The notes under the pieces: model-generated
What the model was told of the DNA's origin: nothing
Seen by the model: the letters and a program-made list of their open reading frames with translations, nothing else
The model's database searches: none
Program-made: the position numbers and the translations under genes
Shown: positions 1 to 13,951 of the stretch, one piece after another
Numbering within the stretch: the first letter of the stretch is position 1
How the letters are laid out: each line of letters starts with the position of its first letter
From: Puccinia triticina
Lineage: Eukaryota
Direction: 5' to 3'
NCBI GenBank assembly: GCA_026914245.1
Contig: CP110440.1
Span: 496,001-560,000 of the forward strand
Length of the DNA: 64,000 bases

Positions 1-376
1 CCCTTGGCACTTGCATGCAAGTGCCATCTCTGACCTCAGTCATAGATTTGGTTGGATCTCAGTTATATGCGGGTTGAAAGGCAGTTTCATGTCTGCCACA
101 AAGTAAGTTTATATTAACTGGAATCATACCAAATGTGTTGTGCAATGTCTGCCTACAATGGATGGCATACCTGTGCTGAAAACCAGGCCAATTTATTGAT
201 CAGGTTTACTTGATCCTCAAGCTGGACCAAAGTTCCTCGTATTTTGTGACTCCCCTTGATGACAGGTGCGTGCTGGTTGTTGGGAGAGCACCCTCAATTA
301 GAGATAGTCATTTGGTACCCGCGGCGGGTACACTGCAAGAAAAACTCTAGAAACTGCTTGCAGTTGAGATGCAAGA

Positions 377-3300
377 TAAAGATGGCACTTCATACGCGCG
401 TACTTGCCACGAGTACAAGTACTTGGGCTGAAAATTGCGGATTTCAAACACCCGTACTTGCACCCGCACCCGCAGGGGCAAGTACCCGCGTAAAAGAGGC
501 AAGTACTCGCAAGTACTTGCACTTTTTTCTCTCAAAAAAAACATGTATTTCATTGTAAGGGCCTAAGTATAAACTAGTCTATCTCAATCCGTGTCATCTG
601 TGCCTTCTGCTTGTTCTTCCTCTTTAGCTCATTATTTTGTTTTTGCTTCCATTCCCGTAATACACCTCTCTTTATCTTACCATTCTTAGAATAAAAGGCA
701 ACCGTCATTCCTCTGGTAACTGATGCCGAGTTGAGACGGTGCCTTTTGAAGGTCACATAGTCACGTCCAAAACTGAAAGCGCGCTCAACATCCACAGTTG
801 TTGCTGTGGGAGAAACAAATGATGTTAGCAACTTAGTTATGACATGATAAAAAGGATAGAAAAACTCACCAGGACAACTGAGCACATCAAGTGCCATCTG
901 GAGAAGACCTCCATGAGTATTACCCTCGCAACGTTGCTGAATCCACCATTTGAGGGCGTTGACCGGCATTCCTTGATTGTCAAGATGCAACCTACCCGTA
1001 AGCCAAATGTTCAGGGGATCGGATGTAGTGTTTCCTAAACGAGCCTCAGAAGCGCTTCCCAGACCTGCAAGCACACCCATTGGTGCCTTAATCAAAGAAA
1101 TAAATTCATCAGTCAAAGTTTAAAAAGTGAAAACACTGGGATACTCACCTTTCGGGGGATAGGTGGCGGTTCGCTGGTGGAAGTCGGCTGTGGTAATAGT
1201 TTGTAATGTGTTTCCCACATTTGGCGAGTGAGCCGGATGGATTCAACAATCCATTCAGGTTGCCATTTTGCGAGTTTAAAGTATTCGTCTTTAAACGAAG
1301 GGTGTAGAACTAGTAAATTGAGAAAGTCAGCTTCGTTTCATTTCTTGGAGTTGTAGAGAAAAAGATGTACCCATAGCCACTCGGTACAATGGGGAGCAGT
1401 CAGTGAGAGTGTAGTACTTATTAGTTAAATGAAGGCCGGCTCGACATGCATTTCTCAAAGCAGGTGGGTAGTCTTGCTGCTTTTTGGAAATGGCTGTTGA
1501 CAGATGACTGGTTATTTGGTCAATAAACACAACAACATGGGAGATCCGAGCAGCTCCCCGAGTTGAGACTTGGAGTGTGATTTCATAGAAAGGCTGAAGG
1601 ATATCCGCGAGGTCGCCTGCTAAGTCCAGATCGTGCTTGTGAATATGGAATTTACGTGCCGTTCCGTGTCGCTTGTCTTTCTGCCAATCCAGACTTGAGC
1701 ATACATGATGTTAGGAATAGAATTTTCCATGTTGAGTGAGATGGAAAAAACTCACATGGCTGCCGAACATTGGATGATACTTTTCAATTGCCCTAAGGTG
1801 GAGTTCCACCGAGTCCTCACATCTCGCTCGATGTTATGCGGCTTTGCACAATTGTGCTCCTGACAGTATTCCCTGAAAAGGGCCTTCGAGTTTGGTGATT
1901 TGTTCAACTTTTGAGCAATGGCTCGGAACTGTGGTTTTTCAGTAAGGAACAGTTAGTTTTCAGTTGTACTGTAGGTTAGTAACAACAAGCGAGGATCAGT
2001 TGCTCACCTTGGCCAGCGCCTGTTTGCATGAATCAGAAGTGTATCGGTCCGATTCGTCTTCATCGCTCAACTCATTAACATCCTTGGTCTCCAATTCAAT
2101 CTCATTGCTATCAATAAGGTCTTCGGCAAGCATTCCCTCTTCGTCTTCAGAATCGGACTCCCCAGATTCTTGAAGTAAACTATGGCAGGATATCAGTCAT
2201 TGAGGCATTTTACTCCTATCAAGGGAGTAGACCGAAAGACCTACCTTCCAATCTCCTGATCAGATACCGATTCGTCACCATCGGATTCAGATTCTTCTAT
2301 GTTAGATAACCTGTTAGTTTTATTTTGTTTGTGGCTCCCAAACGGCCGTAAGATAACCTGAGCGATGAGGTTCAGGATATGGGCAAAACAACGAATCCAA
2401 TGCGCCGCGCCTTTGAATCGAGGCCATTTGAATTTCTGAATCTCCTCGATCATTGTATTGTTGTTTGAAGCATTGTCGGTTACAATGCCAAAGATCTGTA
2501 AGAAAAACAAACGGTCCGAGTTGCAGGCAAACAATAGCAATCACAGGAGAAAAAATGGGAAATTTACCTTGTCCTGAACACCAAACTTTTCCACCACACG
2601 CCGGACTGTTTCAGCTAAATAAACCCCGGTGTGACGTTCTTTTAACATAATGAAATCGAGAGGCATTGCCTCTAATTCAAATCTGCTACCATTTTCTTCA
2701 ACCAAGCGATAGACAACTATTCCTAACACATTGATCCCATTTGGCGACTGCCAAGCATCAAGACCTAGATATAGAGCACCCTTGTGTTCCTAAAGTTGAA
2801 GCGATTTCAGGCGATTAAGAAAACGGTCCCCAAAAAACAGTTCAAAAACAAAACTCACTTGGAGTGATTGCTTAAGGGTCTCCTGCACTGCATTATACAA
2901 CCTTCCTATGTCGCTTGATACCGTCTTTCGAGTGGGTAGGTTGTTGACAACCGTTGGGTGCATGATCGCAAGGTGTGCAGCTTTGCCAAGAGCGTAAAAT
3001 GGTCGGGCAGCTTCGGCACACCAAATAGCACAAAGCTGGGGAACCTATTGAATGGTCCAGGTCAGTCTTGTCTATGGATTACTAAAAGGGATAGGAAAAG
3101 ATCAGTATTACCTCTCGTGGATCGACATCGCCAGTGCCAGATACTCCCATTGAGCCTAGTTTGTGATTTTGCTCGGTGGCTTGCTTTTTCAGGCAGCCTG
3201 CCACATGCTTGGAGAGATTTGAGGGAGAGGAATCATACATTGGGCGGCTAATGAGACTTCCACACCTGATAATCACTGGATAGTCAGTATTTTTTTAGCT

Positions 3301-4140
3301 AAGGGGTATCGGGATACCAAGAGTCACTCACTTGATACACGGGTAAGCAAGCATTCAATGTTGGTGTTTGTCGAGTTGATCAGAGAGTTGGGGAGGCTTG
3401 AAGTATCCATATGTTGCGCTGAGAGCATTTTTGTGCACTCGCAGTGCCTTTTCTAGATATTGTAAGAGGTGAGTTTGAGTCAGTGCACTGTTTATTTCAT
3501 CGGCTTGATTCTCCAGAAGTCGATTTCAAAACAACTCACCAAGCTCTTGTTCATCAGTAAGGTATTGAGCCTTTGAACTTTGGGTGTTGTCACGATCAGT
3601 ACCCTCAGTAGCTGGAAGGTCGTCTTCATCATTAGAGTCGGCAACCATGTTACTATTGGCTGATTTTCCCGTTCGGATTTTCTGGCAAGGTCGTCCTTGG
3701 AGTGGTTCAGGAATGCTAGAGGCTGATGACTGAGTGGATGTAAGTCGCTTGCGGCGTCCCATGTCTTATGCTGAGTATGAGTTGGGGTGTTGACAAGGGT
3801 ACTGAGGAGTCAGAGATCAGGTTACCGATTGGACCTGGGTACCCGCTGCCCTTTTCCCCCACGTGTACCCGCACGCGGGCCGAGCACGCCTCAGCGCTCG
3901 TACTGTTGGATTACGTAATCAAACAGTACAAGCGCTGAGGCGTGCTTGGCCCGCGTGCAAGTCCACCAAGCTTGGCAGGTATAGGCAAGTACTTGTACCA
4001 AGTACTTGCCAGATTTCTTGGTGAAAAAACCAATACCCGCACCCGCACCCAGCACCCGCCGCCGGGTACTTGTGACCCCAAGCAAGTACTTGCCAACAAG
4101 TAGCGGGTACCTGCCAACAAGTACCCAAGTGCCATCATTA
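377..4140 (-). mobile_element. hAT-superfamily DNA transposon, full length
   Basis: TIRs TAAAGATGGCACTT (377) and AAGTGCCATCATTA (ends 4140). Perfect 8-bp TSD ATGCAAGA at 369-376 and 4141-4148. Subterminal caagtac/acccgc repeats at both ends; internal transposase. Confidence 0.95.
574..3762 (-). pseudogene. Multi-exon hAT transposase, probably inactivated
   Basis: Exon fragments carry hAT motifs: BED-like C..C..H...C, LDAWQSPNG, VTDNASNN, CFAHILNL, DVRTRWNST and C-terminal ATTVDVERAFS. GT-AG introns lie between fragments; apparent in-frame TGA near 3355. Confidence 0.85.
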
Positions 4141-4273
4141 ATGCAAGAGCTCAAGGAAAGCTGTGCCTCATGCAAGAATCAAGTACTGGGTGATTCCATG
4201 CACATTGTCTAATTTATGCAAGAGTGAGTCTAAGGTACAAAAAACTAAGTACAGGAGTTGATACCTGTGCAAA

Positions 4274-4745
4274 TTGCCCTTTCATGTGCACATACCCCTT
4301 TCATGTGCATATATCCCTTTTGTATGCATTCACCCCTTTCCTAATGTGTACATAGCCCTTTATGTGCACATACCCCTTTCATGTGTGTATATCCCTTTCA
4401 TGTGCATGTATCCCTTTCACAATGTGTACATACCCCTTTCATCATGTGTTCATTACCCTTTCATGTTTACATGTCCCCTTTGAGTATTTTAGATCCCTTT
4501 TAATACCCCTTTTATCATTCAGTTTTACATACCCCTTTGATGTTTACATATCCCTTTCATGTGCAAATACCCCTTCTGCACAAACCCCTTTCATGCATAA
4601 ATACCCCTTTCATGCATAAATACCCCTTTCATCATGTGTACATATCCCTTTTATTTGTTGATACACCTCCTCACATTCCCCTTTCATGCATACATATTTA
4701 TTTCATCTGTACATATCCCTTTCATGTGTACATACCCTTTTTATG
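4274..4745. repeat. Degenerate ~20-bp minisatellite (atacccctttcatgtgtac-like)
   Basis: Many imperfect consecutive copies are visible. Confidence 0.85.
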
Positions 4746-5109
4746 TTATTCTGGCTGGTTTCAATGGTTCATGGAGTGTTTAATAGAAGAAAATGAAAGG
4801 GTGCTCAGGGGGATGCTCATTTGCCTCAGCCTACTGCATGAGCACTACAGCATGTTCAACATTGAGATGCTGAACAAGGTACACACTCAAGGTGCACCAG
4901 CACAGAATTTGGGTGCTTGACTCCAGCTTGAGCTGAAGCTTGGTTGAAGCTTGCTGCATCTCAACTGCAAGCAGTTTCTAGAGTTTTTCTTGCAGTGGTA
5001 CCTAGTACCGCTTGGCGGGTACCCCCTTTCACCCGCCTTGCACCCGCGCAGCGGTGCCGGGTGCGGTACTAGGTACCGGGTTTTGGCCAGAAAGCAGTGC
5101 GGTACCCAA

Positions 5110-6395
5110 TGTAAAGCTCAAAAGTGTTCCTGAGAACCTTTTGCTGAGTGCGGAAAGGGATGAATGAGGTTACCTCTGCCTTTCCTGGGTCACTAGACAC
5201 TAAAACAAGCCCCCCCAATCTATGATTGGAAGGTTTATGTAGTGATAGTGGAGGTGTATCAAAAGATAGCCTACGTTGAACAAGTGGCTTAGGGGATATG
5301 GGTGATGTAGCTGGTGCTGAGTGAGTCGTAAGTTGATATGGTCCGTGTGTTGCCGCAAAAGGGGGTTGTGGAACACCCTGACAGAGGGGTTAACAGTGAT
5401 TGAGCAATGTAATAGAGTTGTGATATGTATGCAATTGTTATGTAATAACGGTAAAACCACAATATAGTGGGGGCTAATACTGTAGAGTGAGCAAGTGTTG
5501 TACTGTTATGGGGTAAGCTGAGTGCAAGTAGTTTGCTGAGAGAAATTACAACTGGGGGGAGGAGAGCCTCCTTAAATAGAAAAGGGTGAGGGATTTTAGC
5601 TCCAGGGGAACCAGGGAATGAGGGATTTTAGCTGCCCTGAGCTTTCAAATGAGGGTTTTTGGCTTGTGGTAAAGTCTAGATGAGGGAATTTAGCCCAATT
5701 GACAGGTCACATGATTTAATGATGAGGGAATTTAGCTGGTGAGAAAGTGGAGGTGAGAGGTTTAAGTTTGGCCTATGATGTCATTGGGTCACCTGATCAT
5801 CTGCACTGCCCCTGTCTGTCACCTGCTGTCAAATGATCTCATACGAGGGAATTTAGCTAGCCTGAGCTGTCAACTGATGTCATGTGCAAGCTGCATGAGG
5901 GGTTTTTGCTAGCTTGACACCTGCATGAACTGCAGCCCCTATTACACTAGTCTGCATGCACCTGCATAAGCCTGCATAAGACTGCATAAGACTGCATAAG
6001 CCTGCATCTAGTGTGCATCTAGTGTGCATGACACTGCATGACACTGCATGACACGTGCATAACACAATGTAATGAGTGCAGCTGATGAGGTAAAGCATAT
6101 GTAAAGGGTAGACAAGTGTCAGAGTGGCCCATGTAACGGATTACATGGTCCTGGGTAAGGGTGGTTCATGTAACGGATTACATGACCTGAGTATGGTGTT
6201 TTGTGTGTTTGAAACTGACTGATGGTATCTTGAAGGGGTTGTATCTTCTGATCCAGAGGGGTTTAAGGTGTGTTGTCCATGGTGTCCTGTGTAGTTTTAG
6301 CCGTAGAATCCAGTGATGCCGCCGTATTGGTTGATTTGTGAGTGTACATATGAGAAAATGGAAAATTTTGAAATGGGCTAGATGGGTAACCATAA
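5110..6395. repeat. Dispersed repeat, copy 1 (possible old solo LTR) with GCATAAG(A/C)CT decamer array
   Basis: Colinear with 23478-25399, from tgtaaagctcaaaagtgttcctgag to tagatgggtaaccataa. Confidence 0.7.
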
Positions 6396-6459
6396 AGCAT
6401 ACCACACCGGGTACCACTTACAAGTACCTCCCACCCCCCGGGGGATTGAGAGCCTGGGA

Positions 6460-6960
6460 TTGGTAGATCCAGCTTGGCGAAGGCCTCCCAGTAAGCTGGG
6501 ATGATTCCTCTTGGCGTATCCAGCTCGCCAAGGGGACTCCTCCTGCGGAGCTGGATACATATATTGTATCCAGCTTGCGGGCGCCAAAGAACCTCTTGAT
6601 GAGCTGGAGAGGAGTCCCCTAGCCAAGCTGGATACATATGTATCCAGCTCGCCAAGAGGAATCTTTCAAGGGAACTGGATGTGTCCAGCCTGCTGTGAGA
6701 CCTTGCTAGCCGAGCTGGATATTGTGTATCCATCTTGGCAAGCTGGATACATATTATGTATCCAGCTTGGCAAGAGATGTCCACCGGGCGAGCTGGGCGC
6801 ATATCCAGCTCACTGGGTGGACTTGCCTCTTTGACCGGAGCCATTCCTCCGGTCGAAGAGGTGTACATGCCTCCAATTGGATGGATCAATTCCTCCGGTC
6901 AGAGGTGTGTATTCCTCCTCAACCGGAGGGATTCCTCCGGTCAAAGAGGAGAGCCAGTGC
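6460..6960. repeat. Low-complexity TE-internal repeats (agctggatacat/gtatccagct; attcctccggtc)
   Basis: Repeated short motifs occur in both orientations. Confidence 0.6.
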
Positions 6961-8279
6961 TTGCCGGGAGGAGTCCCTCCCAGCGAACAGTGGTCTTTTT
7001 GCCCTCCAGCTTGTTGCAAAGGGCGGCAACAAACTGGATGGAGCAAGCAGGACAGCAGGACGCTGCCACATCAAAAAATATCACGGGTGGTACCCACAGT
7101 ACCCACCAGCGGTACCCATGGTACCTCCCAGGCAGTGCCGGGTGCGGTACTAGGTACCTGAAATTGACCAAAAAGTGGTGCGGTACCCGGGTACCGCTTG
7201 GTACCCGGGTCCCAAATGACTATCTCTATGGGCCTCAATGACCATGACTGACCTGTTTGATGACCGGAACAGGTCGGTCTTCACTTTTCTGGTCATTGAG
7301 AGGTCCTCCCCTCAATGACCAACCTGTTCCGTCATCAAGGGGAGGACCTCTTGATGACGTGTCCATTCCAGTCATCAAGGAAACCTCTTGGTGACCTTTT
7401 TGATGAAAAAAAGCTGGCGGGTAACGCTGGTACCTGTTGAAACTTGCGCTCCTCATCGCGCGTGCTCTGCCTTTTTTAAAACTTGCACGTCTCTGCTTTC
7501 TCATTTCCGCGCCTCGCGGCTCTGCTGCGCATATCACAATCATCAATCTTAACCTAAACCTTCCTCGTACTCCCGGAACGCTAGCCCCTCCGCAACTCAT
7601 CAGAGTCAATTAAGAACATCAAAAATACCGACTCTCCAATTCTTGTCGATCCGCTGCTCCCTCAAAAGATCAAGATATTCTCGACACCGCTCCTCTCTCT
7701 TGTGTGTCGCACAAGTCCGGTGAAGCTTTAACTTGGACCGCCTTCACTAGCTTCCAACTTGGTGAGAAATGCAGCCAGCATTTCCATACATCATTCTCAC
7801 ATCTCGACCCCTCAAATCATCAACACTAACCTCCTTTCCTTCTTCCATCAGTTATATCTCAGATCTCTCAGCGCTCTATTTTATTTCAAATCTTATTTCT
7901 CTTGTTTCCTATTGTCACAGGGTTTGTCTATTTCGTGTTTAACATTTCTCAATATCCACAATTAATCCTTCCTTATCCATCACTTCCAGACTCATCAGAC
8001 TCGTCTCAATTCCCCATCAAATTCCTTATTGTTAGATTTACTGCTTTATATTCAGGGTTGGTTTCATTATTTGCTTTGCTCTTCTTTCTGTTTTTCTTCA
8101 TTGTTCTCACGTTTATGTTTCTTTCCAGATTCTGGTCTTATTCTTTAGTGAAATACAGTATTAGGTTCTTTAGTACCCGCCTAAAAGACCCATTGTACCT
8201 GCCAGGCGGTGCCAGGTGCCTGTTTTTGGCAAAAACTGTGCGGTTACTGGCGGTGTAAATGGTACCCGGGTACGTTTTG

Positions 8280-9222
8280 ACATTCTATAATTGCCGCCAT
8301 CCCATCCACTAGTTGGCGGATCTGATCCACCATCGCCGCAATCCTGGCATTCCCTTGGCGGTTGCCCTTCTTGGTTGGACAGTCGCAAGAGATATGGCCC
8401 TGTACTCCGCATCGGAAACAGAGGCCTTCCCGTATCATCCGGGTCTTCTCAGAGTCAGAGATTTGGCCGTTTAACACCAATAGTTCCATGGCGTTGGGGT
8501 CAATCTTCTGTTTGGTTGGCGCCATTCCGGTCTCCGCTCCGCTCATTGCCCTGTCAAGCTCTAGTGCCAAGCTAGCAACCTTGTTAATAGTTGTGAATGT
8601 GGTGTGGGAAACAATGAGCACCATCTGGATTTCCTGCTTCAGGCCCTGGCGGTACTGCCTGATCAGGGTGGGGATTTCCCATCCCGCGGCGGAAGCGTGC
8701 TGGAAAAAGGAGTGGGTGTAGTCCGCCACAGACCCGGTCTGCTTCAGCGCTTGAAGGGCTTGTTCCGCCTTTGTCTTCTTTTCCGGGTCAAAAAACATGG
8801 CCTGGAAGGACGCCGTGAACTCTGCATAGGTCAGGGTGGGCGGGTCCGCTGCCGCCTGGTAGAGGAACGGGGCGGCCCATATGCCCGCAGTTCCGGTCAT
8901 TTACGAGGACACAAATAGGATTTGTGTTGAGTTGGTTGGGAACAAGGCCTTGTTCAAGGTCATATAGATGCTGACCTGCCGCGCAAACTTCCCCACCGCC
9001 GTTCCGTGTTTGCCATTGAACTTGTTGGGTTGGGCAACCTTGGGGGCCTTGGTTGCTGCTACTTCCGCTCTGGCGGTTGGTAGTGGCGCAGGTGGGTTCT
9101 GCTTGCGGAGTGCATCCTCCAAATTGGCCTTGGCCTGGCGGCGTTTTTTCTCCTCTTTGTCGGCCTTCTTGGTGATTTTGGCCAGTTGTTGTTGGAGTTT
9201 GGCGGCTTAGGAGGTGTCCATT
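8280..9222 (-). pseudogene. gag: Truncated Ty3/gypsy (chromovirus-like) gag
   Basis: PKVAQPNKFNG..., QALKQTGSVADY..F, YRQGLK, CCHC-like knuckle CFRCGVQGHISCDC. Stop at 8901; pol missing. Resembles the gag at 18088-19095. Confidence 0.85.
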
Positions 9223-9418
9223 GTATTGCCGATACCAAGGGCTGTGTGGAGCGGGATATTCAAGGTTTCTAAGAGCAGAGTCGGGTTTCTGAGAGCGGAG
9301 TGCGGGATATTCAAGGTTTTGGAATTGGTATATTCAAGGTTTTGGAGGTGGAGAAATCTGGTTCTTGTTGGTCTGTTGGGTTCTTATTCTTTGTCTCCGT
9401 GAAGTAGATCCTGCATTA

Positions 9419-9605
9419 TGTTATGGTCTGTTCTATGGAGAGGAAGATAGAGTCTGGGGTTTCTGGATCCAAGATGGTAGATTGCAGGATGAGGAAGAGG
9501 CTTGGATCTCCAGCCTCTCAAACCTTGAGTATGGTCCGTGACATGTACATGTAGTCTATGTACATGTGAGTCTGCGCTGCGGAACCCGCGTTACGGCTCA
9601 TAACA
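9419..9605 (-). mobile_element. 5' LTR (187 bp) of the truncated gypsy element
   Basis: TGTTATG...CATAACA perfect inverted ends, located upstream of gag; same size as the LTRs at 13651 and 19275. Confidence 0.75.
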
Positions 9606-11226
9606 CTGAACAGGCCACCAAACAGGCCCTTATCTAACCATTATCAGGTAGATTTGATTTTGATTGAACCAACCAAAGGACTAGAAGATGGGGGAGGAAA
9701 GGTATAAGAAATTCATTGTGCATCCACACCAGAAACTATTTGTTGCATTATCCAAGCCGCTTGTAATCCAAGCCAACAGTTCCTTCAATATGATCATCCC
9801 CTTGCCAATCCATACACAGTGACAGCACACCCAATCAACTTCTTCATTTACTGTAAATTTCATCTGTTATGTGTGGCATAAGCAGAGTATCTAAGCAGTG
9901 TCTGCCATGATTAGGAGATTCAAAGACAAATGCAACTCTCCAATCTGCTTTACTCAAGTTCTGAAAGATTGGGAAATCACCAAACTGATGCAGCTGATCT
10001 GCTGTGAAAACAAATTACTACATTTTTCAGTGCAAATATAGTAATATGTGTGTCCTGAAACCAAACTGATGCCTGCGGGACCAAACCATGGTGGGCGGCC
10101 AGGCTCAGGGAGAGCTGGTGGTATTGCAATGGATTTTTCTCAAACAGTGGATCCAGTGTACAGGGAGGAGGGGAGTTGAATGGTTTATGAAAGCTGTCTA
10201 ATGTCCACCCTGACATTTGTGCAAACGTCAGGATGGACATCCATCACGCAGCTGCACGCTGGGTTGTGGGGCCAGTTGCCGTGAGCCCCCCAACCAACTT
10301 ACTTAAATTTCACCTGTGACATGTCATGACTTGGGCACATAATGTTCCCATTAAGTTTGTCAGGGCTGCCTGCCTACAACAGAGTCACAGATTTCCACAC
10401 ATTGGAGGCGTACACAGTCTTTGAACAGCAGTGGGTAGTTATGATACGCTACAGTAACCGCCGTTATCTGTGTAGCATAATGCTTGCTGTTACTGCGCTC
10501 AGGCGTTAGCGCACTAGTAACAACCAGTTTTAACCCCAGGCCCATATCATAACGGGCCTGATTTTTTTGGTGCATTACTCGCGTTACTAGTAGCGTAACG
10601 CGTTAACCACCGGTTAACGGGATAAAGAGGGGCAAATGGCCCCCTCTGGATCATATATAGTCCAATATCTGATGAGCGGGACAGGGTCTAGAGACAGCGG
10701 GCACGAGACGCCGGTGAGTGAGGATGATGTGGAAGGATTATATTCACGTCAGACACAAGGAAAGGAGAAAGAACAAAGAGAAAAGAGAAAAGACAAGAAA
10801 AGAAAGAATGAAGACTATACCTAGAGACAGCAGGCACAAGGCGCCGGTGAGTGAGGATGATGTGGAAGGATGAGGGAAAAGTCCTTCCACACCCGCTGTC
10901 TCAGGTGAACTAGCTACAAGCTGTGACATCTGAGTGAAATGAGAGTGATATGTATGTAGCACACGCAACAAAGAAAAATGAAGATGAAAGAGATAAACCT
11001 GTAATCTTAACATCCCCCCTTGCTGCATACATACTTGAGAGAGAAAAGAAAAGAATAAAAGCCAAGATAAGGAAGATGAGAGAGTAAATTAAGTGGGAAA
11101 AGAAGAAAGAAGAAAAAGAAGGAAAAGAAGAGTGGATATGGGAGAAGATAGGAGGAGATAGAGAAAGAGGAAAGAGGGGGAAGGGGATAGGAGGAGATAG
11201 AGAGAGAGGGAAGGGAGTATGAGAAT

Positions 11227-13650
11227 CTACAGGACAATACCAAATAATAGCCGGTGTTTTTCAAGGGCAACCCGAGGCAAAGGTTTGGTAAGCATATCCG
11301 CCAGCATTTCCTTGGTGGATACGTGTAGGAGTGTCATGGAGCCGTCCTGAACGCATTCTCGGATGAAATGATAGCGCGCGTGAATGTGCTTGGTGCGCGC
11401 GTGGTGCTCCGGGTTTTTCGCCAAGGCTTCTGCCCCTTCGTTATCAACGTGGAGAGGTATGGCGGTGTCGGGGCGTAGGCGAAGTTCGGTGAGGAGATGT
11501 TGAAGCCATAGACCCTCTTTGCAGGAGTCGGAGAGTGCCTTATACTCCGCCTCTGTACTGGATAATGAGACCGTTGCCTGTTTCCGAGATTTCCAGGAGA
11601 TAGCTCCGTCGCCCACGCAGTAGGTGTATGCAGATGTTGAGTGTCTGTCATTTTGGTCTTTGGCCCATTCCGAGTCCGAGTAGCCAGACAGAGTGAGATG
11701 ACCACCAAGTTGGAGTTTGAGATCTTTTGTTGAGACTAGGTAGTGTAGGATGCGAAGTGCGGCGTGCCAGTGAGCCGCAGACGGGTCACGTAGGTGTTGC
11801 GACAGCCTGTTTACCGCAAAGGAAATACCTGGACGGGTGCATTGTGACACCCAGAGAAGGGAGCCAATTAATTGGGGGTAGGGGCCCGGCAACGGCTGAT
11901 CTTCTGGCTTTCAATGACAGAGGTTTTTGAAGTTGCTATTGGTTGGAGTGGCCACCGAGACGTGGGTCCCGTCTAAGAAACGGCCGGCAATTTTGGTGAT
12001 GTAGTGGGACTGGTTGAGAAAGACGGCCTTGTTTGGAACGTCTCGAGTAATTTTTAGACAAAGAAAATGATTCAATTCTTCGTCCGCGCCGATTTTGAAC
12101 CGTTTTCCTATATCTGATATGATGGAGTTCACAAATAACGGCTCGCCCACGATAGCTAGATTGTCAACGTGAGTTGTCAATGCGCCAACCAGCCGCCCGG
12201 ATTGGATTTTGAAATAGAGGGTTGGATCATACTTGGAGTTCTTGAGTCCTAAGTCCAAGAGAGCTTTATGGAGCTCAATGTTCCAATGACGGGGAGATTG
12301 TTTCAGCCCGTACAGAGAGCGACTGACCTCACAAACCCAGTCAGGATGTTGAGGGTCTTTGAAGCCGGGAGGTTTCTCCATGAATATGGGTTTGTTGAGG
12401 TGTCCGTTTAGAAATGCTGTTTTGAAGTCTACCTGGCGCCCTTGCCAGTTTCAACAGGCAAGGAGAGAGAAGATTAGCCTCAGAGTCGCTGAGAAGAACT
12501 GGTCGTAATCCAGCCCTTGCACTTGAGTGTAACCCATTGCCACGAGGCGGGCTTTGAGTTTCTGGATTGACTGGTTGGGGCGGCGCTTCACCTTGAAGAC
12601 CCATTTGGATTTGATAATCTTTCTTTTGTCCGGTCTTGGGACCAGACGCCACGTCTGCATTCCTAGGAGCGACGAGAACTCTTCATCAGCAGCCTTGAGC
12701 CACTTTTTCTTGTTGGGAGACTTGAGGAGTTGTCGCCACGTCTTCGGGGTGTTGATTTCGGAGTTTACAGAGGCGTTTTTCGACCATTGACTGTATCGAT
12801 CAGGGGCTTTGCGTTCCCTTCCGGAACGGCGGCGAGGAGGGGTAGAATCTGGCTTGGGGGGCTGAGGCGGAGGAGACGGGGGCTTTATTGGTGATGGGTG
12901 TGATCGAGAGGGCGCAGGAGAGGATGGTGAGGGAGACGAGGTGGGAGAGATATGCGGGGAAGAAGGGGGAACTGGTGAAGGAGCTGGGGATGACAGGGGC
13001 GGCAGGGATATGATTGAGAGATCTGGCGATTGTTGGGAGGTTGACGAGATTTCTTGTGGAAGACGTGCCATGTTTCCTGGTGCGTGGATGGAAGCCGTCA
13101 AGCGCTGATCAAATCGCGGTTGGAGTGGTATGTCTAAGAGAGGGAGATCAGGTGTCAGCGTACGGGGAGGGGCTTGTGTGTCTGGGTTTGAGGGAGGGAC
13201 CTGATTGGGGACAGGAAGTGCGGGATGGAGTAGTGGGTCAGGAGAGGAAGCTGTTGGCGGCTTGTTTGCCTGTAGCTCACACCAGTCGATCTCTACTGCA
13301 ACGGGGGAAGGTGTTTGGCTAAGCTGCAAACCGTAGGGAAAGGACGCATCGTTGAAGATGACATCCCGTGATTTGATGACTGACCGTTGCTCCAAATCCC
13401 CAGTCGGTATCCGTTTCCGTCTGAGAGATAGGACAGGAGGATAGAAGAACGCGCTTTCTTGTCCAGCTTTTTGCGGTTGGCTTCCGGGATTTTGTACCAT
13501 ACCAGGCACCCGAAGGGGTGGAGAGCCTTGCGTCGATTGGCCGTTCGCCGAGAATAGAGACCGGAGGTCGGAAACCTACGGGAGTATTGCACGGGAATGA
13601 GTTGTATGCAAAGGAGAAATGCCGGATCGCATCAACCCAGAAGGATTTGG
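11227..13650 (-). pseudogene. pol: Copia pol 3' part (integrase C-terminus, RT, RNase H) with frameshifts/stops
   Basis: SKWVFKVK..KARLVAMG, SLYGLKQSPR, HVDNL, GYSDSEWA, VSLSSTEAEY, HHARTKHI. Confidence 0.92.
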
Positions 13651-13951
13651 TGTAAGGTCCCTCTGTTGGGAGAGTTGAGGCGGTCTGAAGTGTCTAGCTA
13701 TAACATAGATTGCTAGATGGGGAAGTAGGATGTTCTCCCCCCCCAGGTCCCTCTAATGCTAGGGACCTGTGACATGTACATACAATAAGTAACATGCCCT
13801 CTGGAGTAAGCCAGGCGCGCAAGCGCAGCTCATAACATTACTCCGCCCTTAACGCCCAAGCCCCCGGCTCTGCGCTCTCGTCCCCGGGCGGCATCAAAAA
13901 ACCCCGTAGGGAAAAAGCCAACCCTCACTTGAATCTCCGTGACCTCCGGTG

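Larger units (their letters stand above)
299..7228. mobile_element. Older non-autonomous hAT-like element(s) hosting the hAT insertion
   Basis: TAGAGATAGTCATTTGGTACCC at 299 is inverted at GGGTCCCAAATGACTATCTCTA ending 7228. 328-373 also recurs inverted near 4956-4997. No matching TSD, so the two ends may belong to different copies. Confidence 0.45.

Noticed and set aside
6263..7241. Overlapping 140-210-aa ORFs
   Set aside because: They lie in TE-internal short-motif repeats, are open in several frames and show no recognisable domain.
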